Shown here in pieces: positions 9,944-16,304 of a stretch of 64,000 bases of DNA. The translations under genes were made by a program, and so were the position numbers. Source of the DNA: a virus (Duplodnaviria; Heunggongvirae; Uroviricota; Caudoviricetes). The stretch lies in IMG/VR virus record IMGVR_UViG_3300045988_005753; one strand, 5' to 3'. Numbering within the stretch: the first letter of the stretch is position 1; the number at the start of each line of letters is the position of its first letter. The notes under the pieces were generated by a model. It worked only from the letters and a program-made list of their open reading frames with translations, had not been told where the DNA came from and ran no database searches.

Positions 9944-10086
9944 AGATAATCCTCTTGTCTTCTGTAATTTTGAAAGAACAGGTACAGACCAATTTCAGAG
10001 GATGAATAGTAGATTAACTCTACCCTTTTTGATTCCTTACAGTGATTGGTATTCTTACCTTTCTTCGGTTTATTTGATTTTCTCAT
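9925..10086 (-). CDS. small basic hypothetical protein
   Basis: ATG at 10086 has an AAGGAG RBS; the longer track ORF lacks one. Confidence 0.4.
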   Translation of the reverse strand: MRKSNKPKKGKNTNHCKESKRVELIYYSSSEIGLYLFFQNYRRQEDYLCVVPN

Positions 10087-10183
10087 TAAGTCTCCTTTGT
10101 AGAACAAGGCAGACCTACAGCTTTAAGTAAGATGGTACAGTAATCCATACAACAAGTCAAGAACTATTGCAAGTTAAAAAAGT

Positions 10184-10215
10184 TGTTGACAAAGTACTTG
10201 ACAAGGTGTAGGCTT
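10184..10215 (+). promoter_or_regulatory. conserved tandem TTGACAA element (GTTGACAAnnnACTTGACAAGGTGT) in a divergent intergenic region
   Basis: a near-identical element recurs at 51719-51746 in the second divergent intergenic region. Confidence 0.5.
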
Positions 10216-10335
10216 ATAAATACTTAGAAGATAACTTAAAAGGTTCCTCTAAAAAGGCTATTTAAACAGATATCTTTCTGGATATCTATCTTTTATCTTA
10301 AAAGCCTTTTAAGAGGTCTTATAAGAGGCATACCA

Positions 10336-10707
10336 ATGAAAAACAGAACAAACAAAGGCCAGTTTAAAAAAGGCCAGTCTGGAAACCCATCTGGAAGACC
10401 AAAAGGCTCACGTAACAAAAGCTCTCTCGTAAAAGCTCAACTGACCATTGATAATTCTGCTGAGTTTGCTGCAAAGTTGTTTGAAGCAATTGTTACAAGG
10501 GACGCTGCTAAGCTTGCAGAGTTCGGTTTGACGACTGACGATGTAAACCTGAAGTCGATGATGGAGGCTGGTAAAACTATCATGACTCACTCAGCAGGTG
10601 AGATGAAAGCGATTGCAGCAGACACTAAGAAGACCCCTGATAACGGTGGTCAGTCTCAGACAGATAACAAACCAACGTTCTCTGCTGTTGCAACGCTTAA
10701 AAAATAA
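10336..10707 (+). CDS. hypothetical protein with N-terminal GNPSGRPKG motif (possible DNA-binding, terminase-small-subunit-like)
   Basis: ATG with AGAGG RBS; basic glycine-rich N-terminus. Confidence 0.5.
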   Translation: MKNRTNKGQFKKGQSGNPSGRPKGSRNKSSLVKAQLTIDNSAEFAAKLFEAIVTRDAAKLAEFGLTTDDVNLKSMMEAGKTIMTHSAGEMKAIAADTKKTPDNGGQSQTDNKPTFSAVATLKK

Positions 10708-10789
10708 TTTTAAAAGGTGTTGACAGGCTCTATAAAGTTGCTCTAAAGTCTGTCACATCAACTAACAAAATGAGAGAAGAGAGTAAAAT

Positions 10790-12205
10790 ATGAGCGAATT
10801 ATTTAAACATGCGCACCTTCATGCAGGTCGAACTGAAAATGGTGCTGTAAACCATACTTCATCAATGTCTGCTCTTGTAGACTTTTACAAAGCTGCTGGT
10901 TCAAGCCGTAGCAATGTAGAAATCTTACCAGACCTGTTCTACAAAGCTTTGCGTGAGGATGTTGATGTTGCAGTTCGTATTTTACTGCATATGCGAGATG
11001 TACGAGAAGGTATGGGTGAGCGTAAAGCCTTCAGAACTGTTTTGCTTCAAGCGATTGAAGATAAAGTTTTAGAGCCTACGCAGGTTCTTCGCATTATGGA
11101 TAAGATTGCAGAGCTTGGTCGTTTTGATGACTTCAAAATCTTTGTAGGTACTCGTTTCGAGACAGATGCCTTCAAGCATTTAGAAGCAGCATTACTAGAC
11201 CCTGCAACAGCAGGTTTGGCAGCTAAGTGGTTACCACGAGTCAAACCACGTCATAAGCAGTTTGTAAAACGTTTCTGCAAGTTTGCAAACTTGAGTGAGA
11301 AAGAGTACCGCACACTGCTGTCTGCACTATCTGATACAGTTGAACAAAAAATATCTGCTAATGAGTTTGGTAAGATTGACTACAGTAAGATTCCTTCACT
11401 TGCTGCTGCACGTTACCAAAAGCTCTTTAACCGTAAAGATGGAGAACGCTACAAAGCTTACATTGAGTCCTTATCAAAGGGCGAGACTAAGATTAATGCT
11501 GGTGCTGTTTATCCATATGATGTGATTAAATCTATCAAGTATGGTAATGCAGATGTTGCTAATGAGCAGTGGAAAGCACTACCAAACTGGATGGCAGAAG
11601 GTGAAAACATCCTGTGTATGACTGATGTTTCAAGCTCAATGTCTTGGGTGAATCTTGGTTCAATCACTGCCCTTGATATTGGTGTATCCCTTGCCTTGTA
11701 TGTAGCAGAACGCAATACAGGTTGTTTTAAGAATGAGTTAATGGTTTATTCAACAAACCCTCATTTCATCGAACTGAGTGGTGATTTACGAAACCGTCAT
11801 CGTCAGGTAATGCGTCATGTTGAATATGGTTCAACTAACTTACAAGCAGCTTTTGACCGCATTCTTGAAATAGGTAAGAGAAACAACTTGACTCAGGAAG
11901 ATATGCCAAGTAAGCTTATCATCTTCTCTGATATGGAGTTCAATCAGGTTGACGGTGCAAATGGTCATACAAACTTTGAAGCAATTCAGAGTAAGTACAA
12001 AAAAGCTGGATATGAGATGCCACAATTGGTATTCTGGTACTTAGCAAACCGTAATGGTACTTGCGAAGTGTCTGTTAAGGATAACGGTGTAGCAATGGTA
12101 TCTGGTTTCTCTCCAGCCACTTTAAAAGCTCTGCTTGGTGGTGAGAAGTTTGACCCAATCAGCGTAATGCTCAAAGCAGTAATGATTGACCGCTATATCT
12201 GGTAA
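10790..12205 (+). CDS. vWA-domain protein, candidate Ro60/TROVE-like RNA-binding protein
   Basis: 471 aa; helical N-terminal part then a DxSxS MIDAS-type motif (DVSSSMS) typical of vWA folds; sits directly upstream of the tRNA array that contains Y-RNA-like elements. Confidence 0.55.
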   Translation: MSELFKHAHLHAGRTENGAVNHTSSMSALVDFYKAAGSSRSNVEILPDLFYKALREDVDVAVRILLHMRDVREGMGERKAFRTVLLQAIEDKVLEPTQVLRIMDKIAELGRFDDFKIFVGTRFETDAFKHLEAALLDPATAGLAAKWLPRVKPRHKQFVKRFCKFANLSEKEYRTLLSALSDTVEQKISANEFGKIDYSKIPSLAAARYQKLFNRKDGERYKAYIESLSKGETKINAGAVYPYDVIKSIKYGNADVANEQWKALPNWMAEGENILCMTDVSSSMSWVNLGSITALDIGVSLALYVAERNTGCFKNELMVYSTNPHFIELSGDLRNRHRQVMRHVEYGSTNLQAAFDRILEIGKRNNLTQEDMPSKLIIFSDMEFNQVDGANGHTNFEAIQSKYKKAGYEMPQLVFWYLANRNGTCEVSVKDNGVAMVSGFSPATLKALLGGEKFDPISVMLKAVMIDRYIW

Positions 12206-12223
12206 AAAGTTTTAAAAAGGGTA

Positions 12224-12252
12224 TTGACAATGTGTTTAATACCCTTTAATAT
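12224..12252 (+). promoter_or_regulatory. sigma70-type promoter upstream of the tRNA array
   Basis: TTGACA, 17-bp spacer, TAATAT. Confidence 0.55.
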
Positions 12253-12370
12253 GTTCTACATAGAAACGAAATGAGAGCTTTTCTAAGATACTGAAAAATA
12301 TTTTAAAAAAGTTCTTGACAACCACTAAAAAATAATGTTAAAGTAGTTACATAGAGTTTGAAAAGTTTAT

Positions 12371-12447
12371 CTCTGTTTAGCTCAGCTTGGTAGAGCGTTC
12401 CGTTTGGGGCGGTAAGGCCGGAGGTTCAAGTCCTCCAACAGAGACCA
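12371..12447 (+). tRNA. tRNA-Pro (UGG)
   Basis: cloverleaf folded by eye: acceptor CTCTGTT/AACAGAG, T-arm GGAGG-TTCAAGT-CCTCC, encoded CCA. Confidence 0.75.
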
Positions 12448-12454
12448 AATTAAT

Positions 12455-12532
12455 GTTCCAGTAGACAAAATGGTAAAGTCACCACTCTTTCAAAGTGGAT
12501 ATTTGAGGGTTCAAATCCCTTCTGGAACGCCA
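12455..12532 (+). tRNA. tRNA-Glu (UUC)
   Basis: acceptor GTTCCAG/CTGGAAC, anticodon stem CCACT/AGTGG, loop CTTTCAA, CCA. Confidence 0.75.
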
Positions 12533-12537
12533 GTTTT

Positions 12538-12618
12538 GACAGAAGACCAATTACAGCAAACTTAATCTTATTCATCTGAAGGTAAATCGGACAAAGAAGA
12601 GATTTGGTCTGGTCATTA
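12538..12618 (+). ncRNA. stem-bounded structured element A (ACAGAAGACCAATTACAGCAA ... TTGGTCTGG)
   Basis: 5' AGACCAA pairs with 3' TTGGTCT; compensatory changes relative to elements B and C. Confidence 0.4.
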
Positions 12619-12623
12619 AGAAT

Positions 12624-12700
12624 TGCGGGTATAGAGAAAGGGCGTCTCACATGTCTCATTAGCATGGTATCGGCAGGTTCGACTCCTGCACCCGCCTCCA
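12624..12700 (+). tRNA. tRNA-Met-like (CAU), irregular acceptor with a 1:72 mismatch
   Basis: T-arm GCAGG-TTCGACT-CCTGC, anticodon stem CATGT/GCATG, loop CTCATTA, CCA; 5' boundary uncertain. Confidence 0.5.
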
Positions 12701-12705
12701 AATTT

Positions 12706-12776
12706 ACAGAAGACCGTTTACAGCAACATTTATTAAATTTTTAGCGGAAAAATTGAAAGATACGGTCTGGTAATAC
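12706..12776 (+). ncRNA. stem-bounded structured element B (ACAGAAGACCGTTTACAGCAA ... ACGGTCTGG)
   Basis: 5' AGACCGT pairs with 3' ACGGTCT; internal AATTTTT-AGCGG-AAAAATT hairpin. Confidence 0.4.
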
Positions 12777-12783
12777 TAAACAT

Positions 12784-12860
12784 GGTTAGGAAGCACATAA
12801 GGTATGTGCGGTCGCCTGTTAAGCGAATGGCACAGGGTTCGAATCCCTGACTAACCGCCA
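12784..12860 (+). tRNA. tRNA-Asn (GUU)
   Basis: acceptor GGTTAGG/ACTAACC, D-stem GCAC/GTGC, loop CTGTTAA, T-arm CAGGG-TTCGAAT-CCCTG, CCA. Confidence 0.75.
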
Positions 12861-12929
12861 AATTTAGGAGAGAAGCGATTGCTCACCGATTTGTAAGGTG
12901 CAAGTCCTTAGCCTGAATAGAAATTAAAT

Positions 12930-13017
12930 GTGTCGTTATCCCGTAGATGGTAGCGGTGGGGACTGTAAATCCCTTGTCATTGAGACTCGGTAGGTTCGAC
13001 TCCTACACGGCACACCA
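12930..13017 (+). tRNA. tRNA-Tyr (GUA), long variable arm
   Basis: 88 nt; acceptor GTGTCGT/ACGGCAC, loop CTGTAAA, T-arm GTAGG-TTCGACT-CCTAC, CCA. Confidence 0.7.
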
Positions 13018-13022
13018 ATAAA

Positions 13023-13100
13023 GGTTATGTAGTTTAATCTGGTTAAAATACTCCCCTGTCACGGGAGATGATGAGGGTTCAAATCCCTTCGTAACCGCCA
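13023..13100 (+). tRNA. tRNA-Asp (GUC)
   Basis: acceptor GGTTATG/CGTAACC, anticodon stem CTCCC/GGGAG, loop CTGTCAC, CCA. Confidence 0.75.
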
Positions 13101-13124
13101 ATTTTGAGAGGGCTATTTAGCCCC

Positions 13125-13160
13125 TCCCTTAAAGAGTTCTTACGAGTATTCTTTAAAGGA
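13125..13160 (+). other. conserved hairpin (stem CCTTAAAGA/TCTTTAAAGG, loop containing TTCTTACGAG)
   Basis: same hairpin family recurs at 13974-14005 and 16466-16495, each time in a spacer of the tRNA array. Confidence 0.45.
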
Positions 13161-13161
13161 G

Positions 13162-13240
13162 CAGAAGGCCAAATACAGCAAGAATGTATGAAATTTCAAG
13201 CCAATTTAATTTTGAAAATTTAAAACTTGGTCTGGCTCAA
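13162..13240 (+). ncRNA. stem-bounded structured element D (AGAAGGCCAAATACAGCAAG ... TTGGTCTGG)
   Basis: 5' GGCCAA pairs with 3' TTGGTC (one G-U); same ACAGCAA core as A, B and C. Confidence 0.35.
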
Positions 13241-13247
13241 CAAATTT

Positions 13248-13385
13248 ACAGAAGACCGTTTACAGCAAAACTTAAACAATCTATTTCTCCGGTAAAGAAA
13301 AGGCGAAGGTTCGATTCCTTCACTCGGCAGATGTCGAGTTGGTGTAATGGTAGCACTTAAGATGATAAACAACGGTCTGGTAATT
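13248..13385 (+). ncRNA. candidate Y-RNA / YrlA-like tRNA mimic: closing stem around a circularly permuted tRNA-like module
   Basis: order read directly: 5' stem AGACCGTT, T-arm GAAGG-TTCGATT-CCTTC, acceptor 3' strand ACTCGGC, 4-nt loop, acceptor 5' strand GTCGAGT, D-arm GTGT-AATGGTA-GCAC, 3' stem AACGGTCT. Confidence 0.5.
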
Positions 13386-13529
13386 ATCTTTGTAGATAAG
13401 TTATTAAGCTTACCTGTGAGTATGCGACCACAAAGGGTGAATGGGTAAATTCTAGATTTAAACCCAAAAAGGCACATCGCTACAGACCTTAAGCAAGTCT
13501 GGGTAGCTTATCTACAAAGATAATTTAAT

Positions 13530-13605
13530 GGAAGTGTAGCAGAATGGTGATGCGGCAGACTTTTAATCTGACAGGCGATGGGTTCGAATCCCTCCACTTC
13601 TACCA
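13530..13605 (+). tRNA. tRNA-Lys (UUU)
   Basis: acceptor GGAAGTG/CACTTCT, loop CTTTTAA, T-loop TTCGAAT, CCA. Confidence 0.7.
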
Positions 13606-13609
13606 ATAT

Positions 13610-13686
13610 GGTTCAGTCGCAGATAAGGTAATGCAAGGGTCTCATAAGCCCTATGAATGTGGGTTCGATTCCCATCTGAACCTCCA
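13610..13686 (+). tRNA. tRNA-Met or tRNA-Ile2 (CAU)
   Basis: acceptor GGTTCAG/CTGAACC, anticodon stem AGGGT/GCCCT, loop CTCATAA, CCA. Confidence 0.7.
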
Positions 13687-13687
13687 A

Positions 13688-13763
13688 GCTGGTATAGTTA
13701 AGAAGGTTATAACACTCCCCTGATAAGGGAACATCGGTGGTTCGATTCCACCTACCAGTACCA
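13688..13763 (+). tRNA. tRNA-Ile (GAU)
   Basis: acceptor GCTGGTA/TACCAGT, D-stem GTTA/TAAC, loop CTGATAA, T-arm GGTGG-TTCGATT-CCACC, CCA. Confidence 0.7.
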
Positions 13764-13778
13764 ATTTCAATAAAGTTG

Positions 13779-13807
13779 TTGACATTGAGATGTGACTACT
13801 TTATAGT
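13779..13807 (+). promoter_or_regulatory. internal sigma70-type promoter within the tRNA array
   Basis: TTGACA, 17-bp spacer, TATAGT. Confidence 0.5.
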
Positions 13808-13973
13808 AACCTTAGTTTTCGTTGCGTAGCGTCTATTTTGCAAATTTAAAATAAATGCAAACGACAATGTTTTTCTGGCAGTAGCTTGATAGGCTAAACA
13901 CCAGTGAGGTCTTCCAATCCCTCATCAAAGAATTTGGCGTACTCGCCCACGGTATGATTAATAAGGTGGGCAT

Positions 13974-14005
13974 CTTTAAGGACTTTCTAAGAGAGTCTTT
14001 AAAGA
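13974..14005 (+). other. conserved hairpin (stem CTTTAAGGA/TCTTTAAAG, loop CTTTCTAAGAGAG)
   Basis: member of the TTCT(T)A(C/A)GAGAG-loop hairpin family. Confidence 0.45.
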
Positions 14006-14009
14006 TAAT

Positions 14010-14086
14010 GCACCCTTAGTTCAATTGGATAGAGCAACGGTCTTCTAAATCGTTAGTTACAGGTTCGAATCCTGTAGGGTGTACCA
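14010..14086 (+). tRNA. tRNA-Arg (UCU)
   Basis: acceptor GCACCCT/AGGGTGT, anticodon stem ACGGT/ATCGT, loop CTTCTAA, T-arm ACAGG-TTCGAAT-CCTGT, CCA. Confidence 0.75.
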
Positions 14087-14228
14087 AATAGTTAGCAGAT
14101 TACTTAGACTGCCTTAGCGGGTCTTCCTGTAGGGAGGTGGTCTGTATCTCATGTTTTCCAGAACATGTAAATAATCTGAGAAGAAGCTTGACAGTGTTGA
14201 GATAACAGGGTAAGCTTCGAATTATAAT

Positions 14229-14311
14229 ATGGGACGATGTTAAGACTCTAAGGCATGAGCAACGGCCTCCAAAACCGTTTCAAAGGGGTTCAACTCCTCC
14301 GTCCCATGCCA
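14229..14311 (+). tRNA. tRNA-like gene, probably tRNA-Trp (CCA), with an enlarged irregular D-region
   Basis: perfect 7-bp acceptor ATGGGAC/GTCCCAT, T-loop TTCAACT, CCA end, anticodon loop CTCCAAA; 83 nt. Confidence 0.5.
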
Positions 14312-14324
14312 AAGTCTTATTAGG

Positions 14325-14414
14325 GGTAGGTAGCGGCTAATGGCAGCCAAACAGTCTTGAAAACTGTTGCCACTGTAGAGATACGGTGAGGGTTCGACTC
14401 CTTTACTTACCGCC
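14325..14414 (+). tRNA. tRNA-Ser (UGA), long variable arm; CCA apparently not encoded
   Basis: acceptor GGTAGGT/ACTTACC, anticodon stem ACAGT/ACTGT, loop CTTGAAA, T-loop TTCGACT. Confidence 0.65.
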
Positions 14415-14565
14415 TAATAAGATTTACTCCGTCCATGCTTGTTCGCATTGTCGGTTTATCCCTCGTGTATTGTCGTACACTGTCAAAGCACCTAGTAGGT
14501 GTCATGGAGAGAGATAATATCAAGCTCTCCAAAGGTTCTAGTCACCGGATTAAACAAGACTATGC

Positions 14566-14588
14566 AAAGACCTAAATAGGTCTTTTTA
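14566..14588 (+). terminator. rho-independent terminator-like hairpin inside the tRNA array
   Basis: AAGACC-TAAATA-GGTCTT followed by TTTTT. Confidence 0.45.
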
Positions 14589-14591
14589 GAG

Positions 14592-14650
14592 GGCTTCTAA
14601 GGTTATTACAGCTTGTTGTGGAACCTTGTTGCTTAGGTTCTTAGAAGTTC
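14592..14650 (+). other. long hairpin (CTTCTAAGG ... CTTAGAAG)
   Basis: 8-bp inverted repeat around a 40-nt loop; related to the CTAAGG hairpin family. Confidence 0.35.
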
Positions 14651-14666
14651 TCTAAAAAGATTTAAT

Positions 14667-14744
14667 GGGAGATTGACGGTAATTGGTAAACCTACCATCC
14701 TTAGAAGTTGGTGTTTGAGGGTTCGAATCCCTTGTCTCCTACCA
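14667..14744 (+). tRNA. tRNA with anticodon UAG (Leu-type) but a short variable arm
   Basis: acceptor GGGAGAT/GTCTCCT, D-loop AATTGGTAA (Leu-like), anticodon stem CCATC/GTTGG, loop CTTAGAA, A73, CCA; 78 nt. Confidence 0.6.
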
Positions 14745-14751
14745 AATTAAT

Positions 14752-14827
14752 GCAGGTGTAGCAAAATGGTTATGCGGCTGACTCTTAATCAGTAAGACGA
14801 TGGGTTCAATTCCCTCCACCTGTACCA
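14752..14827 (+). tRNA. tRNA-Lys (CUU)
   Basis: acceptor GCAGGTG/CACCTGT, anticodon stem GCTGA/TCAGT, loop CTCTTAA, CCA; close paralog of the Lys(UUU) gene. Confidence 0.7.
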
Positions 14828-14833
14828 AACAAT

Positions 14834-14909
14834 GGGGTCATAGTTTATATGGTTAAAATTCGAGTTTTGCAAACTTGGGAACTGAGTTCAATTCTCAGTG
14901 ACTCCACCA
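14834..14909 (+). tRNA. tRNA-Ala (UGC)
   Basis: acceptor GGGGTCA/TGACTCC, anticodon stem CGAGT/ACTTG, loop TTTGCAA, T-arm CTGAG-TTCAATT-CTCAG, CCA. Confidence 0.75.
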
Positions 14910-14915
14910 ATTAGT

Positions 14916-14990
14916 GCATCCATAGTTTAAACGGGAAAATTACAGTCTTCCAAACTGAGGTTGAGGGTTCGATTCCCTCTGGATGCTCCA
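14916..14990 (+). tRNA. tRNA-Gly (UCC)
   Basis: acceptor GCATCCA/TGGATGC, loop CTTCCAA, T-arm GAGGG-TTCGATT-CCCTC, CCA. Confidence 0.7.
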
Positions 14991-14997
14991 AATTAAT

Positions 14998-15073
14998 GCT
15001 CCTATCGTATAATTGGTTATTACGGTTGCCTTGTAAGCAACTTATCAGGGTTCGAGTCCTTGTGGGAGCACCA
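14998..15073 (+). tRNA. tRNA-Thr (UGU)
   Basis: acceptor GCTCCTA/TGGGAGC, anticodon stem GTTGC/GCAAC, loop CTTGTAA, CCA. Confidence 0.75.
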
Positions 15074-15074
15074 A

Positions 15075-15165
15075 TTCAGAGGTCAAGTGAAAGACCGCTT
15101 TGAGTCAACTGAAGACCGTAACAAATTCCACGGAGTTGAGTTAGCGGCACAACTCCAGACCTCTT
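15075..15165 (+). ncRNA. structured spacer element E (long-range stem CAGAGGTC/GACCTCT, internal hairpin GGAGTTG...CAACTCC, GAAGACCGTAACAA motif)
   Basis: inverted repeats read directly; shares the GAAGACCGT core with elements A-D. Confidence 0.35.
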
Positions 15166-15169
15166 TCAT

Positions 15170-15244
15170 ACTCGCTTAGTTTATATGGTAAAACATCACC
15201 CTTACAAGATGAAGAAAAAGGTTCAAGTCCTTTAGTGAGTACCA
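15170..15244 (+). tRNA. tRNA-Val (UAC)
   Basis: acceptor ACTCGCT/AGTGAGT, D-stem GTTT/AAAC, anticodon stem TCACC/GATGA, loop CTTACAA, CCA. Confidence 0.7.
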
Positions 15245-15245
15245 T

Positions 15246-15323
15246 GTTCCAGTATCCCAATTGGCAGAGGATGCAAGCTCAAACCTTGTATTAGTGACGG
15301 TTCGAATCCGTCTTGGAACACCA
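15246..15323 (+). tRNA. tRNA with anticodon CAA (Leu-type) but a short variable arm
   Basis: acceptor GTTCCAG/TTGGAAC, D-loop AATTGGCAGAG (Leu-like), anticodon stem GCAAG/CTTGT, loop CTCAAAC, A73, CCA. Confidence 0.6.
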
Positions 15324-15328
15324 ATTTT

Positions 15329-15404
15329 GCAGGATTAGTTCAAATGGAAAGAGCAACAGTCTACGAAGCTGTTAATAGGGGTTCGAATCCCTTATCCTGC
15401 GCCA
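15329..15404 (+). tRNA. tRNA-Arg (ACG)
   Basis: acceptor GCAGGAT/ATCCTGC, D-stem GTTC/GAGC, anticodon stem ACAGT/GCTGT, loop CTACGAA, CCA. Confidence 0.75.
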
Positions 15405-15421
15405 GATAAAAAGGTGACACT

Positions 15422-15664
15422 ATGCAAACATTAACAGTAGTTGAACATGAAAACTGTGAGAGTATTGAGTTTGTCAGGGTCATTGGTGTTGAACACCACA
15501 TTTTCTTAAAAGTGGGATACTTATGTGACCCCGCTAGAGTAGAAAGATTTATACGTGATTGTTTTGGTGGTAGACATCTGAAGAGTGTTATTTTTGAGAC
15601 AGTTTTACCAGAAGGTTTAGAAACGAATAATAACATTTACCTCCTTACGAGGATTAGACAATGA
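15422..15664 (+). CDS. hypothetical protein embedded in the tRNA array
   Basis: ATG with AGGTGA RBS; ATGA coupling to the next ORF. Confidence 0.45.
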   Translation: MQTLTVVEHENCESIEFVRVIGVEHHIFLKVGYLCDPARVERFIRDCFGGRHLKSVIFETVLPEGLETNNNIYLLTRIRQ

Positions 15665-16218
15665 GATACTTAAAGTATGCTTCATGGATTTTCTTAGCTT
15701 TGTTAGAGCCATTTGCAGCAATCTTAGCAGTTATCTTAGCACCTTTCGTAGTTCCATTCTACAGTGAGAAGAAAGGACATCTACCTTTCGGGTTCAGATG
15801 GATGGAAACTTATGACAACCCAATTGATGGTGATGAAGGTCACGTTAAAAGATGGGCTAATATTAGATGGATTGGTAAACTAGGTGTCTACATGCAAAGA
15901 GTCGGATGGCTCTGGAGAAACAAAGCTTATAACTTCTCTTACCATGTATTAGGGAGAGATGTAAAAGATGTTACTAAGTGGAAAGGTAATATCAACGTAA
16001 GTTCTGACCCTGAAGATAATCAGACAGGTTATCTCCTAATGTGGAACAGTAATGCTTGGGGATTATTCGCTTTTATCCCATCAATTAAAATCTTTGGTAA
16101 ACAATTTTACTGGAGAATTTATATTGGATGGAAACTAAAAAGTGTTGTCCCAGAAGAAAGAGCATTCTCAAGGGAAAGAGTTATGTTGGCATTCTTTATT
16201 CATCCACTGAGAAAGTAA
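15661..16218 (+). CDS. membrane protein embedded in the tRNA array
   Basis: N-terminal hydrophobic segment WIFLALLEPFAAILAVILAPFVVPF; 185 aa. Confidence 0.5.
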   Translation: MRYLKYASWIFLALLEPFAAILAVILAPFVVPFYSEKKGHLPFGFRWMETYDNPIDGDEGHVKRWANIRWIGKLGVYMQRVGWLWRNKAYNFSYHVLGRDVKDVTKWKGNINVSSDPEDNQTGYLLMWNSNAWGLFAFIPSIKIFGKQFYWRIYIGWKLKSVVPEERAFSRERVMLAFFIHPLRK

Positions 16219-16226
16219 AGATTTAA

Positions 16227-16302
16227 AGGGGATTAGTTTACAAGGTTAAAACCTCGGTCTTTGAAATCGAAGAAGTTGGTTCAATTCCAACATCCCCCGC
16301 CA
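16227..16302 (+). tRNA. tRNA-Gln (UUG)
   Basis: acceptor AGGGGAT/ATCCCCC, anticodon stem TCGGT/ATCGA, loop CTTTGAA, T-arm GTTGG-TTCAATT-CCAAC, CCA. Confidence 0.7.
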
Positions 16303-16304
16303 AT

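Noticed and set aside
10184-10226. Reading the tandem TTGACAA element as a simple sigma70 promoter with TATAAAT as the -10
   Set aside because: Spacers from the two TTGACA copies to TATAAA are 23 and 11 bp, and the second copy at 51719 has no -10 at the same offset; kept as a conserved regulatory element.
12450-12701. Minus-strand ORF (83 aa) from the six-frame track
   Set aside because: Lies entirely across tRNA-Glu, element A and the tRNA-Met-like gene; antisense to structured RNA.
12861-12929. T-arm-like hairpin (TAAGG-TGCAAGT-CCTTA) suggesting another tRNA
   Set aside because: No complementary acceptor strand or D-arm within range; at most a tRNA remnant.
13220-13477. Minus-strand ORF (85 aa)
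   Set aside because: Overlaps the Y-RNA-like element C and neighbouring repeats; no RBS; antisense to the array.
15361-15636. Minus-strand ORF (91 aa)
   Set aside because: Overlaps tRNA-Arg(ACG) and is antisense to the better-supported plus-strand ORF 15422-15664.
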